From: Octopus bimaculoides
Lineage: Eukaryota
Direction of reading: 5' to 3'
Length of the DNA stretch: 64,000 nt
Assembly (NCBI RefSeq): GCF_001194135.2
Contig: NC_068983.1
Location: 126,211,672 to 126,275,671, forward strand
Below the pieces are notes generated by a model, which saw nothing but the letters and a program-made list of their open reading frames with translations, was not told the origin of the DNA and ran no database searches. Both the position numbers and the translations under genes were made by a program. The number at the start of each line of letters is the position of its first letter. Position 1 is the first letter of the stretch. Below are positions 37,001 to 51,200 of this stretch, one piece after another.

Positions 37001-37875
37001 AATTTCAATTGTAAAATCAGTTTGTTGTTAATGTTATTAGCTTTCTTTAATTTTCTACTTTTCCCCAATCCTTTGTTTAATTATTACCTTTAACTTCTCT
37101 CTTTGAATTCGCACGCTCACCTTTTGCATTATTCTGTTTTTCTTTTTTTTTTTTTCTTTTGTTTGCTGAAATATATCGCATTCTCTTTGCCCCCCATTAT
37201 TTCTTCTAACACCTTTTTTCATACAGCTAAAAATTTGGAAAAAAAACTCAGTTCCCAACAGCTTTGAAACTAAAATAAGTGTTTTTTGACACACAATCCG
37301 AAAATGACAGCCGTCTTTTACAATCAAGTGAACATTTTAAGATTGTGAATTTATAGAATCTCATTGCTTTTTCGATAAAATAGCTTTTGAAAAACACGGC
37401 ATAAAACACAAACATAGATAGAAACTAAATTTTCTTCAAAATCAGAAAGCTTCCTCAAAATTTACTGGGAAAATCTAGTAAAGACCTTAAAATTTCTACA
37501 TTATTCTTTATAGCTAATTTCTCATAAATTTGCATTTGAATGATTTTCTTGAGCACTGAAAATCTGGAAGTCACGTAACCAAGTTCCAACAATAGTAGGC
37601 CACCATACGCAAGTCCCATCAGCTTTGATAACTTTGTCACCATTGAATTTATTCCCTGGTGAAAACCTTCTCTCAGTGTCATCAAACTTTTCAGGGAATT
37701 TATCAAGGTTGCGGGGGCTGCGCAACTTTATACTCATATTTGCTGCCAACTTTTGAAAGTTGTCCAGCCTGTGGTTGACTATTTCGGTATAGTTGGCTCG
37801 GAACGCACATATATAAAATCACGTTTACGTTTTATATATGGCATTTTCTAAGAAACATCTCACGTTTGGTTTCCC

Positions 37876-37915
37876 CATCGCTGATGACGTCTCAAACGTC
37901 TCGAAACATCTGAAA
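37876..37915 (+). ncRNA. Decayed hammerhead-like motif
   Basis: CTGATGA at 37881, GACGT/ACGTC stem overlapping the core, GAAA at 37903. No valid NUH site or stem I. Confidence 0.3.
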
Positions 37916-38261
37916 GGAACTTATAAGTCGTCCCATACCGATCACAAGTCAGTAATCCAGCAGTCCGTCATTCAAGATTTTGGGAACTACAAAGCTTAAT
38001 GAGTTCACTGAGTGATCTACACACTCTGCTGCACTAGATGCACGAGAGATCATGCTAGATATTTCAATGTAGACGGGAGTGCCACCATGACCACGCTTGT
38101 GGCTGAGTAGCTCTGTCTTTGAGGAGTAGATATGACCATACGGCTCACAATAGAGACTCTAATGCACTTCTCAGGAAGGGGGTTTACAGCCCCCTCTATT
38201 ATACATACATACGCAGAAGCATACATACATATATTTTACATGTGTATATATGCATGAATAT

Positions 38262-38294
<33 letters not shown>

Positions 38295-39402
38295 NNNNNN
38301 NNNNNNNNNNNNNNNNNNNNNNNNNNNNNNNNNNNNNNNNNNNNNNNNNNNNNNNNNNNNNNNNNNNNNNNNNNNNNNNNNNNNNNNNNNNNNNNNNNNN
38401 NNNNNNNNNNNNNNNNNNNNNNNNNNNNNNNNNNNNNNNNNNNNNNNNNNNNNNNNNNNNNNNNNNNNNNNNNNNNNNNNNNNNNNNNNNNNNNNNNNNN
38501 NNNNNNNNNNNNNNNNNNNNNNNNNNNNNNNNNNNNNNNNNNNNNNNNNNNNNNNNNNNNNNNNNNNNNNNNNNNNNNNNNNNNNNNNNNNNNNNNNNNN
38601 NNNNNNNNNNNNNNNNNNNNNNNNNNNNNNNNNNNNNNNNNNNNNNNNNNNNNNNNNNNNNNNNNNNNNNNNNNNNNNNNNNNNNNNNNNNNNNNNNNNN
38701 NNNNNNNNNNNNNNNNNNNNNNNNNNNNNNNNNNNNNNNNNNNNNNNNNNNNNNNNNNNNNNNNNNNNNNNNNNNNNNNNNNNNNNNNNNNNNNNNNNNN
38801 NNNNNNNNNNNNNNNNNNNNNNNNNNNNNNNNNNNNNNNNNNNNNNNNNNNNNNNNNNNNNNNNNNNNNNNNNNNNNNNNNNNNNNNNNNNNNNNNNNNN
38901 NNNNNNNNNNNNNNNNNNNNNNNNNNNNNNNNNNNNNNNNNNNNNNNNNNNNNNNNNNNNNNNNNNNNNNNNNNNNNNNNNNNNNNNNNNNNNNNNNNNN
39001 NNNNNNNNNNNNNNNNNNNNNNNNNNNNNNNNNNNNNNNNNNNNNNNNNNNNNNNNNNNNNNNNNNNNNNNNNNNNNNNNNNNNNNNNNNNNNNNNNNNN
39101 NNNNNNNNNNNNNNNNNNNNNNNTATATATATACCGAACTACTTGGTAAAATTGTTAATTATTAATTTATTAATTAATTGACAATTCCCTGCCCTACATC
39201 TATAATGGTAATTCACTCCCGGATAGTTAACTGTAGTTTTTCTGCGGTAATACTCGAGACGCACGTGGGGAAATTTGGAGATGGATACGAACTTTACTCG
39301 TCGATATGAATTCGGAGATGCTGGTTCTCTTATGTGATGCTCGATGTCGCATGATCGAATGTGCATAGGTTTATCAGCGTTTTCAAATGTATAATCTAGA
39401 AT

Positions 39403-39462
39403 ATCATACTGAAGGGAGGAAATGAATGTTTACACAATTCTAATCCCGAAACGCATCCATGA
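39403..39462 (+). ncRNA. Decayed minimal hammerhead, related in layout to the 59013 motif
   Basis: ATCATA-CTGAAGG-..TCCC-GAAA-CGCAT-C-CATGA. Single changes (A9G, ACGCGT to ACGCAT, TATGA to CATGA) separate it from a canonical motif. Confidence 0.45.
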
Positions 39463-39895
39463 GTAACTAACGACAGGTTGGTTTCGTTATTTTTATTCTT
39501 TTGCCTATGTGAGTCACAATTATTTCTATTTGTGGAAATATATTGTAGTGGTAGAATTAGTATTTTAACTGCTATATCTAAATTTTCGGTATGTTGGCTC
39601 CAGAGCCCCCTTTAACTAGGTTAGCCTAGGCTTAGGTTAAGGCTTAGTTGTAATCTCTTCTGCCACAGAGGATCGGAATCACTTTGGGCGTTCTATTTTC
39701 CTTGCCAGAAGGGCTCGCAACCGGAGCGTTAGATGATGGGGTAGTGGTTTCGAAAGGGCCGGCAATGCAACTTGATCACCTCTGCCGGTCAGAGCCATGC
39801 GTTCCCGTCCCGACACTGATTCTGCAGAAATGTATTGTGTGTGGAAGATTTTATGAATCAGCAATGTTGTGTTCAGTTAAGTCCTATTTGGGGTG

Positions 39896-40330
39896 AAAAA
39901 TCAATGAAATGATTCCTTATGGGGATTTCCATTCAATCGGTATGAAAAATCGATAAACGCATTCCTTATAGCATTTCCCACTAAAATTGGCTACACCCAA
40001 TTTTCAATCATATCTTTTACCAATTTTGACGTAATTTGTTCAAACTTGATGCCGACGTTACTTAGGATCCATGAGATCTTTGAATGCTGTAATTTCTCAA
40101 AAAAAAAAAAGAAAAAAATTGATGAGTGGAAAATCGATAAACCGATTCCTTATGGGATTTCCCAATGAAATTGTCTGTAAACCATTTTCAGCCAAACGTT
40201 TACCAATTTCAACGGATTTCGCTCAAACTTCACATCGGTGCTACTTAGTTTGGTTTGAAACAAAACGCTTGATTAGATTAGCTTAATAATCTGAAGTCAA
40301 TACCGGGCAACGCCGGGTTGTACTGCTAGT
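39896..40330 (+). mobile_element. Non-autonomous Helitron/Helentron 3' portion with internal ~185-bp tandem duplication
   Basis: GC hairpin ccgggcaacgccggg (40303-40317) followed by CTAG-T (40326-40330), the Helitron 3' signature. The unit aaatcgataaa..attcctta..atttccca..aaatt..ttaccaattt..caaactt..tacttag is repeated at about 39945 and 40130. Confidence 0.7.
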
Positions 40331-40368
40331 ATAGTACAATGTATATATATATATATGTATATGCATAC

Positions 40369-40400
<32 letters not shown>

Positions 40401-43206
40401 TAGTTGACATTAAACTAATCCTCTATCTCTGGTGTCTCTTTTAGCATTTCTATCATATTTTCATCTTATAAGCCTTTCCACTACAAGTAAATTATTGCAA
40501 TACCTTCTAACACCAATCTATTTCCTCTACATATCAAATAAAATCTAAAACGTCGGAAGAATAAGTGTCGACATGTTTATATAAACGATACTCTTGATAT
40601 ATGCTAAGCAACATCCTAGCCCTTCTGAATGTTTATGCTAATATAATTGAATTTTGAACGTGAGAATATTTTAATATATATTCCTCTAGCATTCTACAAC
40701 TTCGAGGAAATTATAATCCAGCTGGAATTCGCTTCTAAAATTTGCTCTTTGCTAGTATGTGATTTATTTTAGACACGCAATGAATATATGGCGCAGATGT
40801 TTAATCTTATTTTAAACATTTATTCACATGGTTTCTTATACGACGCTTAAATGGAACGTTACTGAAGATGTGATCCACGATTGTTGTTATATATGATCTT
40901 TTTGTATATAATATACATGAAATATTACCAACACCAATTCTAGTTATTCAAGTTCTAAATCCACTGAATCTATCGTGTCTATTATAGACACTTCTTATTG
41001 ATACCTAAACAACTATACCAGAGAAATCGGTAATAAAACTCCAGAAAAATTCATCGAAAATATAATATTGTGGTTATAGAATCTATTTATAGATTCACTT
41101 AAAACATGAAATCAGTCGAAAATGGTGGGAATATATTATTCAAATGATAGGAGGAATTTTCGTGAAAACATTAATTATATTTTGATGAATTACATAGAAA
41201 TTGCTTAAAATGTAACTAAATGATTATGGGTAACGTGTATGAATGCTAGAATATTTAGTGAAGCCAAAAAATAATCGAAAGTTTAAAATATGTATCAAAA
41301 ATATAATACACACAAGTAAGAATTAAAAAAAACCTCAATTAATTTTGGTATATAAATGGACTGTCGCACTGTCTTTTGAAACCAAAGAATAAAGTTCGAA
41401 ATGAACGCGAAATGTGTAATTCATGAAAGGGGAAATAATGATAATATTAGCAAATATAGAAGAAACCAATTTTCGAAGAAACAACCATGCAATTAACGAC
41501 TGAAGTTGTTTCTGAGCTCGATATATATTTACCCAGCAATGTATCTAAAACAAATATGAAGTAGTATAATTATTTTTTGAGTGAAATGGGCTATCGACAG
41601 CAAAGAAATACTATTGTAGAACTTGTGAAAAGTATTACATGACCGATTTATCAAAAGAAAAAAAATATGATAGGGAGAAGATAAGTACTCACGGTAAGAA
41701 AATTATGTATATCGAAAAGTGACTGTTCGGTGAAAATCAATGAAATGTATAAACGAATAAATAGTATGAAATACCAAACAAATCACTGTGTGTCAGACGA
41801 TCCTAGTGGTGTTGATTAGGATGAATAACCACTTTGCAAACATGTCAACTTAATATACTGGGAGTATATACACACATACTAATTCCATTACAGCATCCAC
41901 TTGCTAAGTGCTATTATGAGGGTTTATGAAATTTAATGTAAATGCTCTGAAACACAGAAACAGTTGAACTGCTGTCAAAATCTTCTCAGGATACGATAAT
42001 TGTTTTCGTGGCGCCTTATCCCACAAAATGAAACAGATATTCCAATGATCATCATAGCTCTCCGATCCGAAGTAACCTTGCCTGTTAACAAAAGAAAAAT
42101 AAAGAGAAACATCAAATTCGCATTCCAAGTTTCTGGTGCCATGTTCATCATTTTTTTGGAGAAATTATCACCCACACTTATCGAAGATAAGTATTAACTT
42201 AGGAAATAATCGCCATCCTCCCACCGCACAATTGAATATTCTTCCGCACAACTGAATATTCAGGCTAAATGTAAAAGCATATATGGTCAATAAGAGTTCC
42301 TGATTTGTGACAGTGGTACTTCTGATCCACATCGAAGCTTGTTTCAGGATCTATCGAATGTTGATCTTATCTTTTCTACGATATAGGTTTATACATAGCA
42401 GCTGCTATATCCTAAAATCTTTTGCTGGTGTTACAGCATAACCAAAAATCATGTTAATTTCGCCTTTTTTATTCACTTTGTTTCAGTCAGATATCTGATG
42501 GAGAAATTGGTCTTAATTTCTTTTCATTTACACCCCTTAATCGGTTTAGAAGAAAATTTAGAACATTAGAATTGTGAGTCAGTACAAAATATACGACGTA
42601 TTGACTCCATTTTCTGCATGGTTAATGTGTTTACATGTGACCACTAGATAAACCCTCTCCAGAATACTTTCCATCAAGTGAATGATCATTTTATATTGGG
42701 ATGCGTTCAGTACTATTATATTGAAAAAAAAATCTTTCAAGAAAATTGTATTGCACGATTTAACGGACCATTATATCTATCTTCTTGCATTGATAACAAG
42801 CAATGTAAATATAAAAAAAAAACGTGCATCAACTCTAAGAAAGAAGTGGACTAAAGGAATTCACGGACAGTTGTCTCCTATATATTGATCATATACAAGA
42901 AAGATGTTCCATGTAGGAAGGTATTTTGAAAAACGTGTATGTTGGTGTTCTATCTTTCGAAGAATGTTTAAACTGTTTATTTCACCAAAAAGCAAGTTGA
43001 AGTCTTTTTTTTTTGGTTATGCACGTAGACACGATGTTTTCATATTACGTAATATATTTTCGAATATGTGCAAATATGTTCTTAATAAAAAGATAAAAAG
43101 AACGACACCCTGAAATAAACTGAAACTATATTTCATGCATACACCAGCATACAGCAATACATACTTGCAGACATACATGCCACACTCACATACATATACA
43201 TGTATG

Positions 43207-43280
<74 letters not shown>

Positions 43281-43683
43281 ATGGCAATACAAACACACAC
43301 ACACACGCACTCATTCACACACATATGTAGATATAATACCGCAGATGGTCTGAGGTTCAGAACGATCCAATTATATCATGCAGAAAAAAACAAAAAAAAC
43401 AACAATATTTTTGCACTCAAAGGCTGCTTATTTTAACCACTGAACCAATGTCTGGGATTAGCCGACAGGTAAAGCTGAATTCNNNNNNNNNNNNNNNNNN
43501 NNNNNNNNNNNNNNNNNNNNNNNNNNNNNNNNNNNNNNNNNNNNNNNNNNNNNNNNNNNNNNNNNNNNNNNNNNNNNNNNNNNNNNNNNNNNNNNNNNNN
43601 NNNNNNNNNNNNNNNNNNNNNNNNNNNNNNNNNNNNNNNNNNNNNNNNNNNNNNNNNNNNNNNNNNNNNNNNNNNNATGTATG

Positions 43684-43727
<44 letters not shown>

Positions 43728-43919
43728 ATGTATGTATGTATGTATGTATGTATGTGTGTGTGTGTGTGTATGTGTGTGCGCGCTTGTTCATACAAAAAAC
43801 ATATATGAAACTTAGAGAAAAAGCGACCAACATACCATGTAAAATTTATATTCGGCGAGGAATATTGCTTTCAAATTTTTGCAGAAGGCAGCAATTTAGG
43901 CAATAGGGATAAGTGAACT

Positions 43920-44050
43920 ACATCGATATCAGAGTTCAACTAGTACTTCTTTTATCGACCCCGAAATAATGTAAGGAAGATTTCACGTCGGAAGAATTAG
44001 ACCTCAGAACGTAGAGATGGATGAAATGTTGTTAACCATTTTGTCCGGTG
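43920..44050 (-). mobile_element. SINE family B, decayed
   Basis: aactagtacttcttttatcgaccccgaaa..ctcagaacgtagagatggatgaaatgttgttaaccattttgtccgg. Confidence 0.65.
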
Positions 44051-44376
44051 AGATACAGACTCGCTGCCTTAACTGGAGAGAATTATTCACCAGATGGATG
44101 AACGGGCCTAGTCTCCACATTGGTTGGTATGTCACCATCAATCAATTACCATATTCAACTAAACACGTATATATTACTTATATAATCCTTACAGTTAAGG
44201 GGTTGACAATATGGTTTAAATCAATTTTTATAGGCACATTTGCGTTAGTAAATCTACTCACATAATTGAAATGCAGCGCCATGAAGGAGTACAGTATATA
44301 TATAGATGGACGTTTGGAGGAAAACGCTTTGTGCGCAACCCCTAACATATACACTATTTTAGCCGTATTTCAGTCC

Positions 44377-44443
<67 letters not shown>

Positions 44444-44531
44444 CTGAAATTTACAGAAAAACAAACGGCAAAAACAGGTGTATATACAACCAGCAGGTGT
44501 ATTAGTTTGGCGTTCAGGGAGGTGAGAAAGT

Positions 44532-44567
44532 CTTTTATATTCCGAACCTTCGCTCTTCAACAGAAAG
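44532..44567 (-). ncRNA. Decayed hammerhead (CUGUUGA core) downstream of a PLE 3' end
   Basis: CTTT-CTGTTGA-A-GAGC-GAAG-GTTC-GGAA-TATA-AAAG. Stems I and II are recognisable; GAAA and stem III are mutated. Confidence 0.4.
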
Positions 44568-44699
44568 GAACACAATGAAATAAACAGAGAGAGAATAAAG
44601 CAAAAAAAAACATTGGGATTTAGCGGCCAATCATGGCCACTGGTTGGAAAAATGTAGTTGGACAGGAGAGCTAGGAAAGAAAGGGGAAATAAAGTAGAA

Positions 44700-45290
44700 A
44701 TTATTCCAAAACGAGGTGCACGTGTGTGTATGTGAGAGTGTGTGTGCGTGTGGATGGGATCTCGTGACTTTGACGTGTGGATGTGTGCGTGTGTGAATCT
44801 GTAATGTGTAGGTATGTGGATGATAGTTCGTGGGTGTGCGGATGATGGTGTGTTGGTGTGCAGATGATGGTGTGTGGTGTAGGTTCTGGGAAATGGTCAG
44901 TACTACTGTGTGTGGAGTGGTGCCATGTAGTGGTGCGGTGGTGTGTGATGTGGTGTTGCCTTGTGTGGTGTGGTGATGAGAGGGTGTAGTATGGGTCTGG
45001 GGGTGAGGATGTGCGGGTAGATGTGCGGGTTACTTTGGGGTACGTCGTAGTGGGATATCAATGAAGAGAGAAGATGGATAGGAGAGAATGGAGGAAGTAG
45101 GTGTTAAGGCAAGAGAGGAGAGGTGGGCTGGAGTGAAAACAGGAAGTAGGTATCAGATGAAGAGAGGAGAGGAGTGGAGTCGGATGACGAGGGGAGGGGA
45201 GTTGAACCCAGGAGGCGCAAAGTAGCGCAGATAGAATTTTAATTCTTGTTCACGGCGAAGGCGGGAGTCCGGATGGTTCTTGTGCATAGA
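44700..45290 (-). mobile_element. Penelope-like element 3' end (endonuclease C-terminus plus C-rich 3' region)
   Basis: DSRLRREQELKFYLRYFAPPGFNS matches the PLE terminal RxxREqxxIxxLxxxxPxGxN motif, followed by C-rich sequence. Confidence 0.7.
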
Positions 45291-48200
45291 CAATATATAA
45301 ATATATATATGCGCATATAAATACGCAATATATATATACATATATAGCATATATGTATACTTGGAACAGTTGTGTACATGTATACTCACACACACACATA
45401 TACATGCGCATTTCTTACTTCGCTTTGAAATAAAATATTTGAATAGACAAAATATTTATGCATGTATTTATGGTCATCAATGACCTAGTGTAGAAAATTT
45501 GCAACGTTGAAAATTCTTATCACGTAGATAACAAATAGCTTTGCTTTCTTCAATATACATATACACATATGCTTAAACGTGTGTGTTCCTACACATATAT
45601 GAGTGCAATTTTCGAACTTCTATGAAACCTTATTATCTGAAAGGTTTTCTGTTCTCTGTTCGCCTCACTTTTTGCTCATGTCGTTTATAATTTGATTGCG
45701 TCTGATTTATCAGAATTATGATAATGCACTTTGTAGCATTATCATAATTTTGTCAGTCATCTTCAAGTAATGTAATTAATGCAAGTAAGTTATGTGATAG
45801 ATGATATTAGGTGACACAATATCGTATCTGCAGAAGATTCAAAAATCGAGGAAGCAGCTTATTAGATCATGAGAACACTAAGCAGAAAAATACGATGAAA
45901 TATATATAAGTCAGTAATACCGTGATAAAATATAGTATAAAATACCATTTACAAATTTTACTGAAAACGATAAACAAAATAAGTATCAGGAATATTACGA
46001 AGCTCTACATAAATAGAATGTACATTAATGTTACAAACAATTGTTTTATACCAATATAAAGGATACAAAAAGAAAATATGTTTCTGAAATCTTTAATAAC
46101 CATTACCTTCCTAGAAGAAAAAAATGAATTAAAGGAATTGTCTTCTGTAACTTATAATAAATTACTTTGGGATTCGTTTGAAATCAACGGTGTTCATAAC
46201 CATTTTGAGAATGTTATTTTTTCGCTATAACCCATTATGCGATATGAATTTTAATGAATTACGACATGCTAACAAGAGGGAATATATTACTATGAAACTT
46301 TTTATAAATCTACCAGCTAAATTTCATTTCGTTTATGTTGGACTATAATATTGCTGCTATTTAGTGGCGATTCGATTTTTTTCTTTCAATACACTCTTGA
46401 TATACATATACCGCATACATGTAAAAACAAGTCCTATGTGTACTATTATTTCTAATAATGTCGCATTGGCATCTCATTTTCAGGTAAGAATGGAACATAA
46501 ACATTGACAGATAACTGTTTCATTGACTATATTCTGAGAATTTGACGCTAAATTACACTATGGGACGTTAAACTCTAGGATGCATGAACAAATACTTCTC
46601 ACATATTAAACACTGAACTGTCTCACATCAACGGTTGATCGAGATTTCGTACGTTTATAGAAGGCGCTACGATTAAATTCATCGTTGGCGATACAGAGTT
46701 AACCCCTTCTACTGGCATTTTCTTGTGTGTATATAATGTCTCATACTATTCGATATCTGAATCTTTGTCAGTGACACTGAATATTATTATGTGTTTAAAC
46801 TAGCCAATAGGTGCTCGAATGTTATTTCAGATATCAAGTCTAAGTATATGCGGTGAACTAAATAAAACTTTGTTCTAAGGAAGATAATCTTTCTGGATTG
46901 TGAAAGTTTTTCTGTAGTTCATTGATTGATGGCAAATATAAGAATGTGTTTTATTTGTGAGTCCATTTTCTTGTGATAAAGTAGAATTCTTAGCCCAGTA
47001 TTTTCAAGAAATTCTACATTTGACACATCTTATCATATTGTTCTTGTTCTTCCTTCGTTACAAGATGCTCCTTTAATCTCACTTGTGTATGACAAATCAC
47101 TTTGTAGAGAATTTAATTTCGGAACACAGCACATATTTACTTTCTGGTCCTGATAATATTAATCGAATGTTTAGCTGTATATACTTTCGAGGCTCCTGGC
47201 CATCGACCTCTGTTTTCAAAATCTCTGGTGACAGTTCTTTTCTTCGCAATTAATATTTAATTGCCCTCATTTATTTTGTTAGCAATGTGGCTGAGTCTTT
47301 AACTAATGACAATTTGTATCGCAATGCATTACTATTTATGAAAAACAGTGACATTTCTACGCTTCGCTAGCCCCTGATCATCTTACTGGGATACGTTAGC
47401 GCTTTTAACTGGATGTTGATAATTGCAGAGAGGCAATTATTACACATACTTTGACATGTATATTCCATAAACTTTATAATATTTCCTGAATAAACTATGC
47501 AACATTTGTAAAGGGCTTACTCGTTATGTTTACCTCATCTCATTTAGTTCTTTTCGACGTTCTACTCCTTGTAGTATCATCCTATTTAGGTCCTACTATT
47601 ACCACTTTACGTGTACGGCACTTGTTTGTGCTTTTGCTTGATTGCAAAGCTTTGTGTTTTTTTTTTCATTTGTTAATGCAAAAGACTTCATGAAGTATCA
47701 TTTTACCTCACCATCTCGTGCTAATTCTCATTAGTGTGCTGTCCTTGGTAGGAGTAATGCCTGTGATTTGGTGCATTTTAAGTTACAAAATCATGAAAGC
47801 GTGACACATCTGTATGTATCATATATTGTTATCCTCGATTCTCTCGTGATATCGTAATTCATTCATTAAACTTTTCCTTTCATTTCATTTTTTCCTCATA
47901 GGGTTAATCTCTGGTAACGCTGTCAAGTCAATAATCTTTTCAAATGAAATCCGTCGGTAGGTATCATGTTATTTAATTATTGAATTGTACTTTGCAAACA
48001 CAAATATTCAGTTGTTGACAAGCATTTTCCAGTCATTATCACATGGTAGCAGGGTATCTGCCTCGGCTTATTCGTTAACTACTGCTGATCTTCCCTTCCT
48101 CTTTTCTAAAAGGGATAATATATTCTATATTCAATCTGCAGAGTCTTCAAGCTTGCAATAATTCCATAGAATATCAATAACGAGCATGAATAATGACATT

Positions 48201-51200
48201 ACTGATATGAATTTGTGGATAATTAAAATGCATGCATGAAAAACTGGGAATTGGTATTATTGAGGATTCCAATGCACATGATTCATTTTTGCTATAGAGA
48301 TATTTTGAAATTCATGAAGTATGTTACGTGTTCAGAATTTTGAATTATAATCAAAGAGATTATGTTTTTACAATTCATGTAACGGGATTCATATATATAT
48401 ATTTCTAGTTTATGGATACTTAATATGATTTTAGAGTGCATTTGCCTAATTAATATTATGTAGCTCAAATGTTATATTTCAATGACACTTGATTTAAAGT
48501 GGCACGCTGCAATTTCATTAAAGATCTACGGCCAAATTATGCTCGCAGTTATTTAATATTTTGGGCTATCTGCCTCAAACGTTTGCCCTGGCACACAACG
48601 TGAATAGTTTCCCGGTTCGTGTTGAATATGATAACATAAAATTTTCACACTATTCACGGTTTCTAATGCTTGGAAATGATCGCCACATACAGATGTTTAT
48701 GTGATGTTTATGAAACACTTTAACCGGGTAACTGAATTTCTTTGTATTTTCTATAAAACAATTAATTTAAGCATTGTATGGACCCATGGGTCTATTTTCA
48801 ATTATACATTTCTCTTTGTGGGTTTTCTCTCTCTATCACATTTCACTGATTATCAAGCACAATCTAACATTTTACTACAACGTAAAAAATGCTCATAGAA
48901 ATCATTTAATTGTAGGTCGTTAGTCATTTATATAATTTGAAAGGTTGAAAGTGTGCCTTATTTTGAAGTGGGTGGTGCTTCAGACAATCTTCAGTTCATT
49001 CAGTAGGTATAAGGGGGAATAATTCTTTGAATTTTCTAGAGCATACTAGTAGTTTATTGTAGTACATGCAACGGGTTTTTCAGTATGCCATTCAAATGTA
49101 GCTGCTATATAGTTTTCATAAATAAGTGAAGAGAACACTACATAGCTAGATCAGTTATGTATCCAAATGTTTGAATATAGAAATGAATAACAATCCGCTT
49201 TATCGTAGAAGACACTTCTTTTACAAATACAATAAAAGCTTATCAATAACCACGAATACTATGATGCCTATTGCTAGAAATAATTTATTATTTGCCCTCA
49301 TATCTTTCGGTACGGGTATTAGATAATGCAAGATGCAAATCTACTTACACTATCTTAAAACCAAACATTGTGTACGCAAAGCTAGATCGATTTTGGTCAT
49401 ACGCTTATTCGATTCCAAATGATCTATGACTAAGTAAACTGGTAACGTATGATAAAAGACCTAGACTAGAGAAAGCGTGCCACAGATGAGTTTGCGATTA
49501 ACGATGACAAATACCTGCATGTTTAATCAACGGATTAAACAAACGATAAATTAATTAGTTAGCTTTATAGTTAACCATCTGATTAACAATAAATGAGTGA
49601 AATTGAACCAGAGCGTGTGTTAATTATTATTAGTCTAATAAACCACCCTAAATACATCAAAATGTGTATGAAAGTTCTTAAAAAATATACTGTCATTTAT
49701 TGTATCAGCATAATATATAAAGTGTTATGTTTTATAATTTAGTAAACGTAAAAACTCAGATTAAAATTATTCACATCAACAGCAGACAAATTTCCATCAT
49801 ATTGCTGAGGACACGGGGACTTAGGAAGAGTCCATGCAAATACTAACGCTTCTATGCTGATGATTCAAATATATATCTTCATTTGTTTTACCACACACTG
49901 ATTTCTAGCCTTCCGTTTGAATATGTCGATAATTTCGCCAACTATTCGCAATTACTAAAGCATGTTCGAAGGACGCACCTATTTTTTTACACCAGATGTA
50001 GCACTAACTTCAAGACCAACTCGCGCATATGCAGACTGGTAACACCAAACATATTTTGATAGGACACGAAAGCCGTCTTCTCTCATATTTAACTGCTTAT
50101 GTAGATGATTGACACAGGTATATATGGGTACATAAAAAGAAGAATACACAGCCAGCTGGCTAATTCGTTTGAGGAGTCGTCGATAGATAGGCAGCTGCAG
50201 TCAACACCGGTAAAGAAATTATAAATTCCATTTATATAAAGATAGAAGTGACAATGATTTCCAAGAATCTCTCATTCATTTTCTGGATGCATGCACGTAC
50301 ATATATATACATCCTTTTAGATGTACAATTACAACACCATAGCCATATTAAAAAATACAGAGACGCAGGTATGTTGGTAAGTAAACGTAGGTTTAATTCA
50401 ATAATACAGTGTCTGGCAATTATTTCGTCTACGAATGTAGTGACAAACACGAAGAAAATAATCTTATAAAATTACGATTATACATGACTTACTAATTTCT
50501 TCTTAACATCTGAAGTAGACTATGACTAAATCATATTCTTTATTTACTTTGATTTTTGTTTTTGTAGCTCTTGTACGTTTTGTAATAATCAATGCTACTT
50601 TTATGTTTTCTGAAATATGAGACAAATGTAAAATCTTCCAGCAGTCATACTTTCTCCAGCTGTAACAAACTCGTTATAAAGGTCACCGAAATGTTTCCAA
50701 ACTAAACGTTCTGTTTTTTTCTTTTAATTTCTTCTTCTATGTCAATCGATGATCAAACATTTTAGCTTTCTTTGTAGAAAAAATGTATTCAGTATTTTTC
50801 TAAACTACAGCATGAGTACTTTTTAATATGGTTGCTACACTTAAATCTACTTAACTCATGGCTGATTAAGTTCATATAATTGTTAATTTGCTCTCCCGAG
50901 ACAACAGCTAATTAAATTTCCAACTCCAGATTCAAGAACCTTTTAACGATTTTGTTTGTATGATAATTATCTTAGAATATTAATGTAAAGTTCCTCATTG
51001 CATAATCCGCTATTAAATTTTGAAAATAATACAAATAATCTAAGATGATAATAGCTATACATAGATTGTATCCAATTATTATACCAGCGCTATGGCAAAT
51101 TGCCTACTAAATGGTTGAGATAGTTTTGAGATCATTCTTAATTTTCTTTGCCGGCACTTTTCTATCAGTCAGAAAAAATATCAGCATACATAGTAGGTAA

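Noticed and set aside
41440-41745. Possible Tc1 transposase relic (LFGEN resembling LFSDES)
   Set aside because: Too decayed to support.
41975-42175. Minus ORF with a signal-peptide-like stretch (NLMFLFIFLLLTG)
   Set aside because: Hydrophobic runs are expected from T-rich DNA; no supporting exons.
47902-47956. Possible 55-nt plus-strand exon (ttcctcatAG..CG/GTAGGT; LISGNAVKSIIFSNEIR)
   Set aside because: Splice-like signals only, with no recognisable protein or partner exons.
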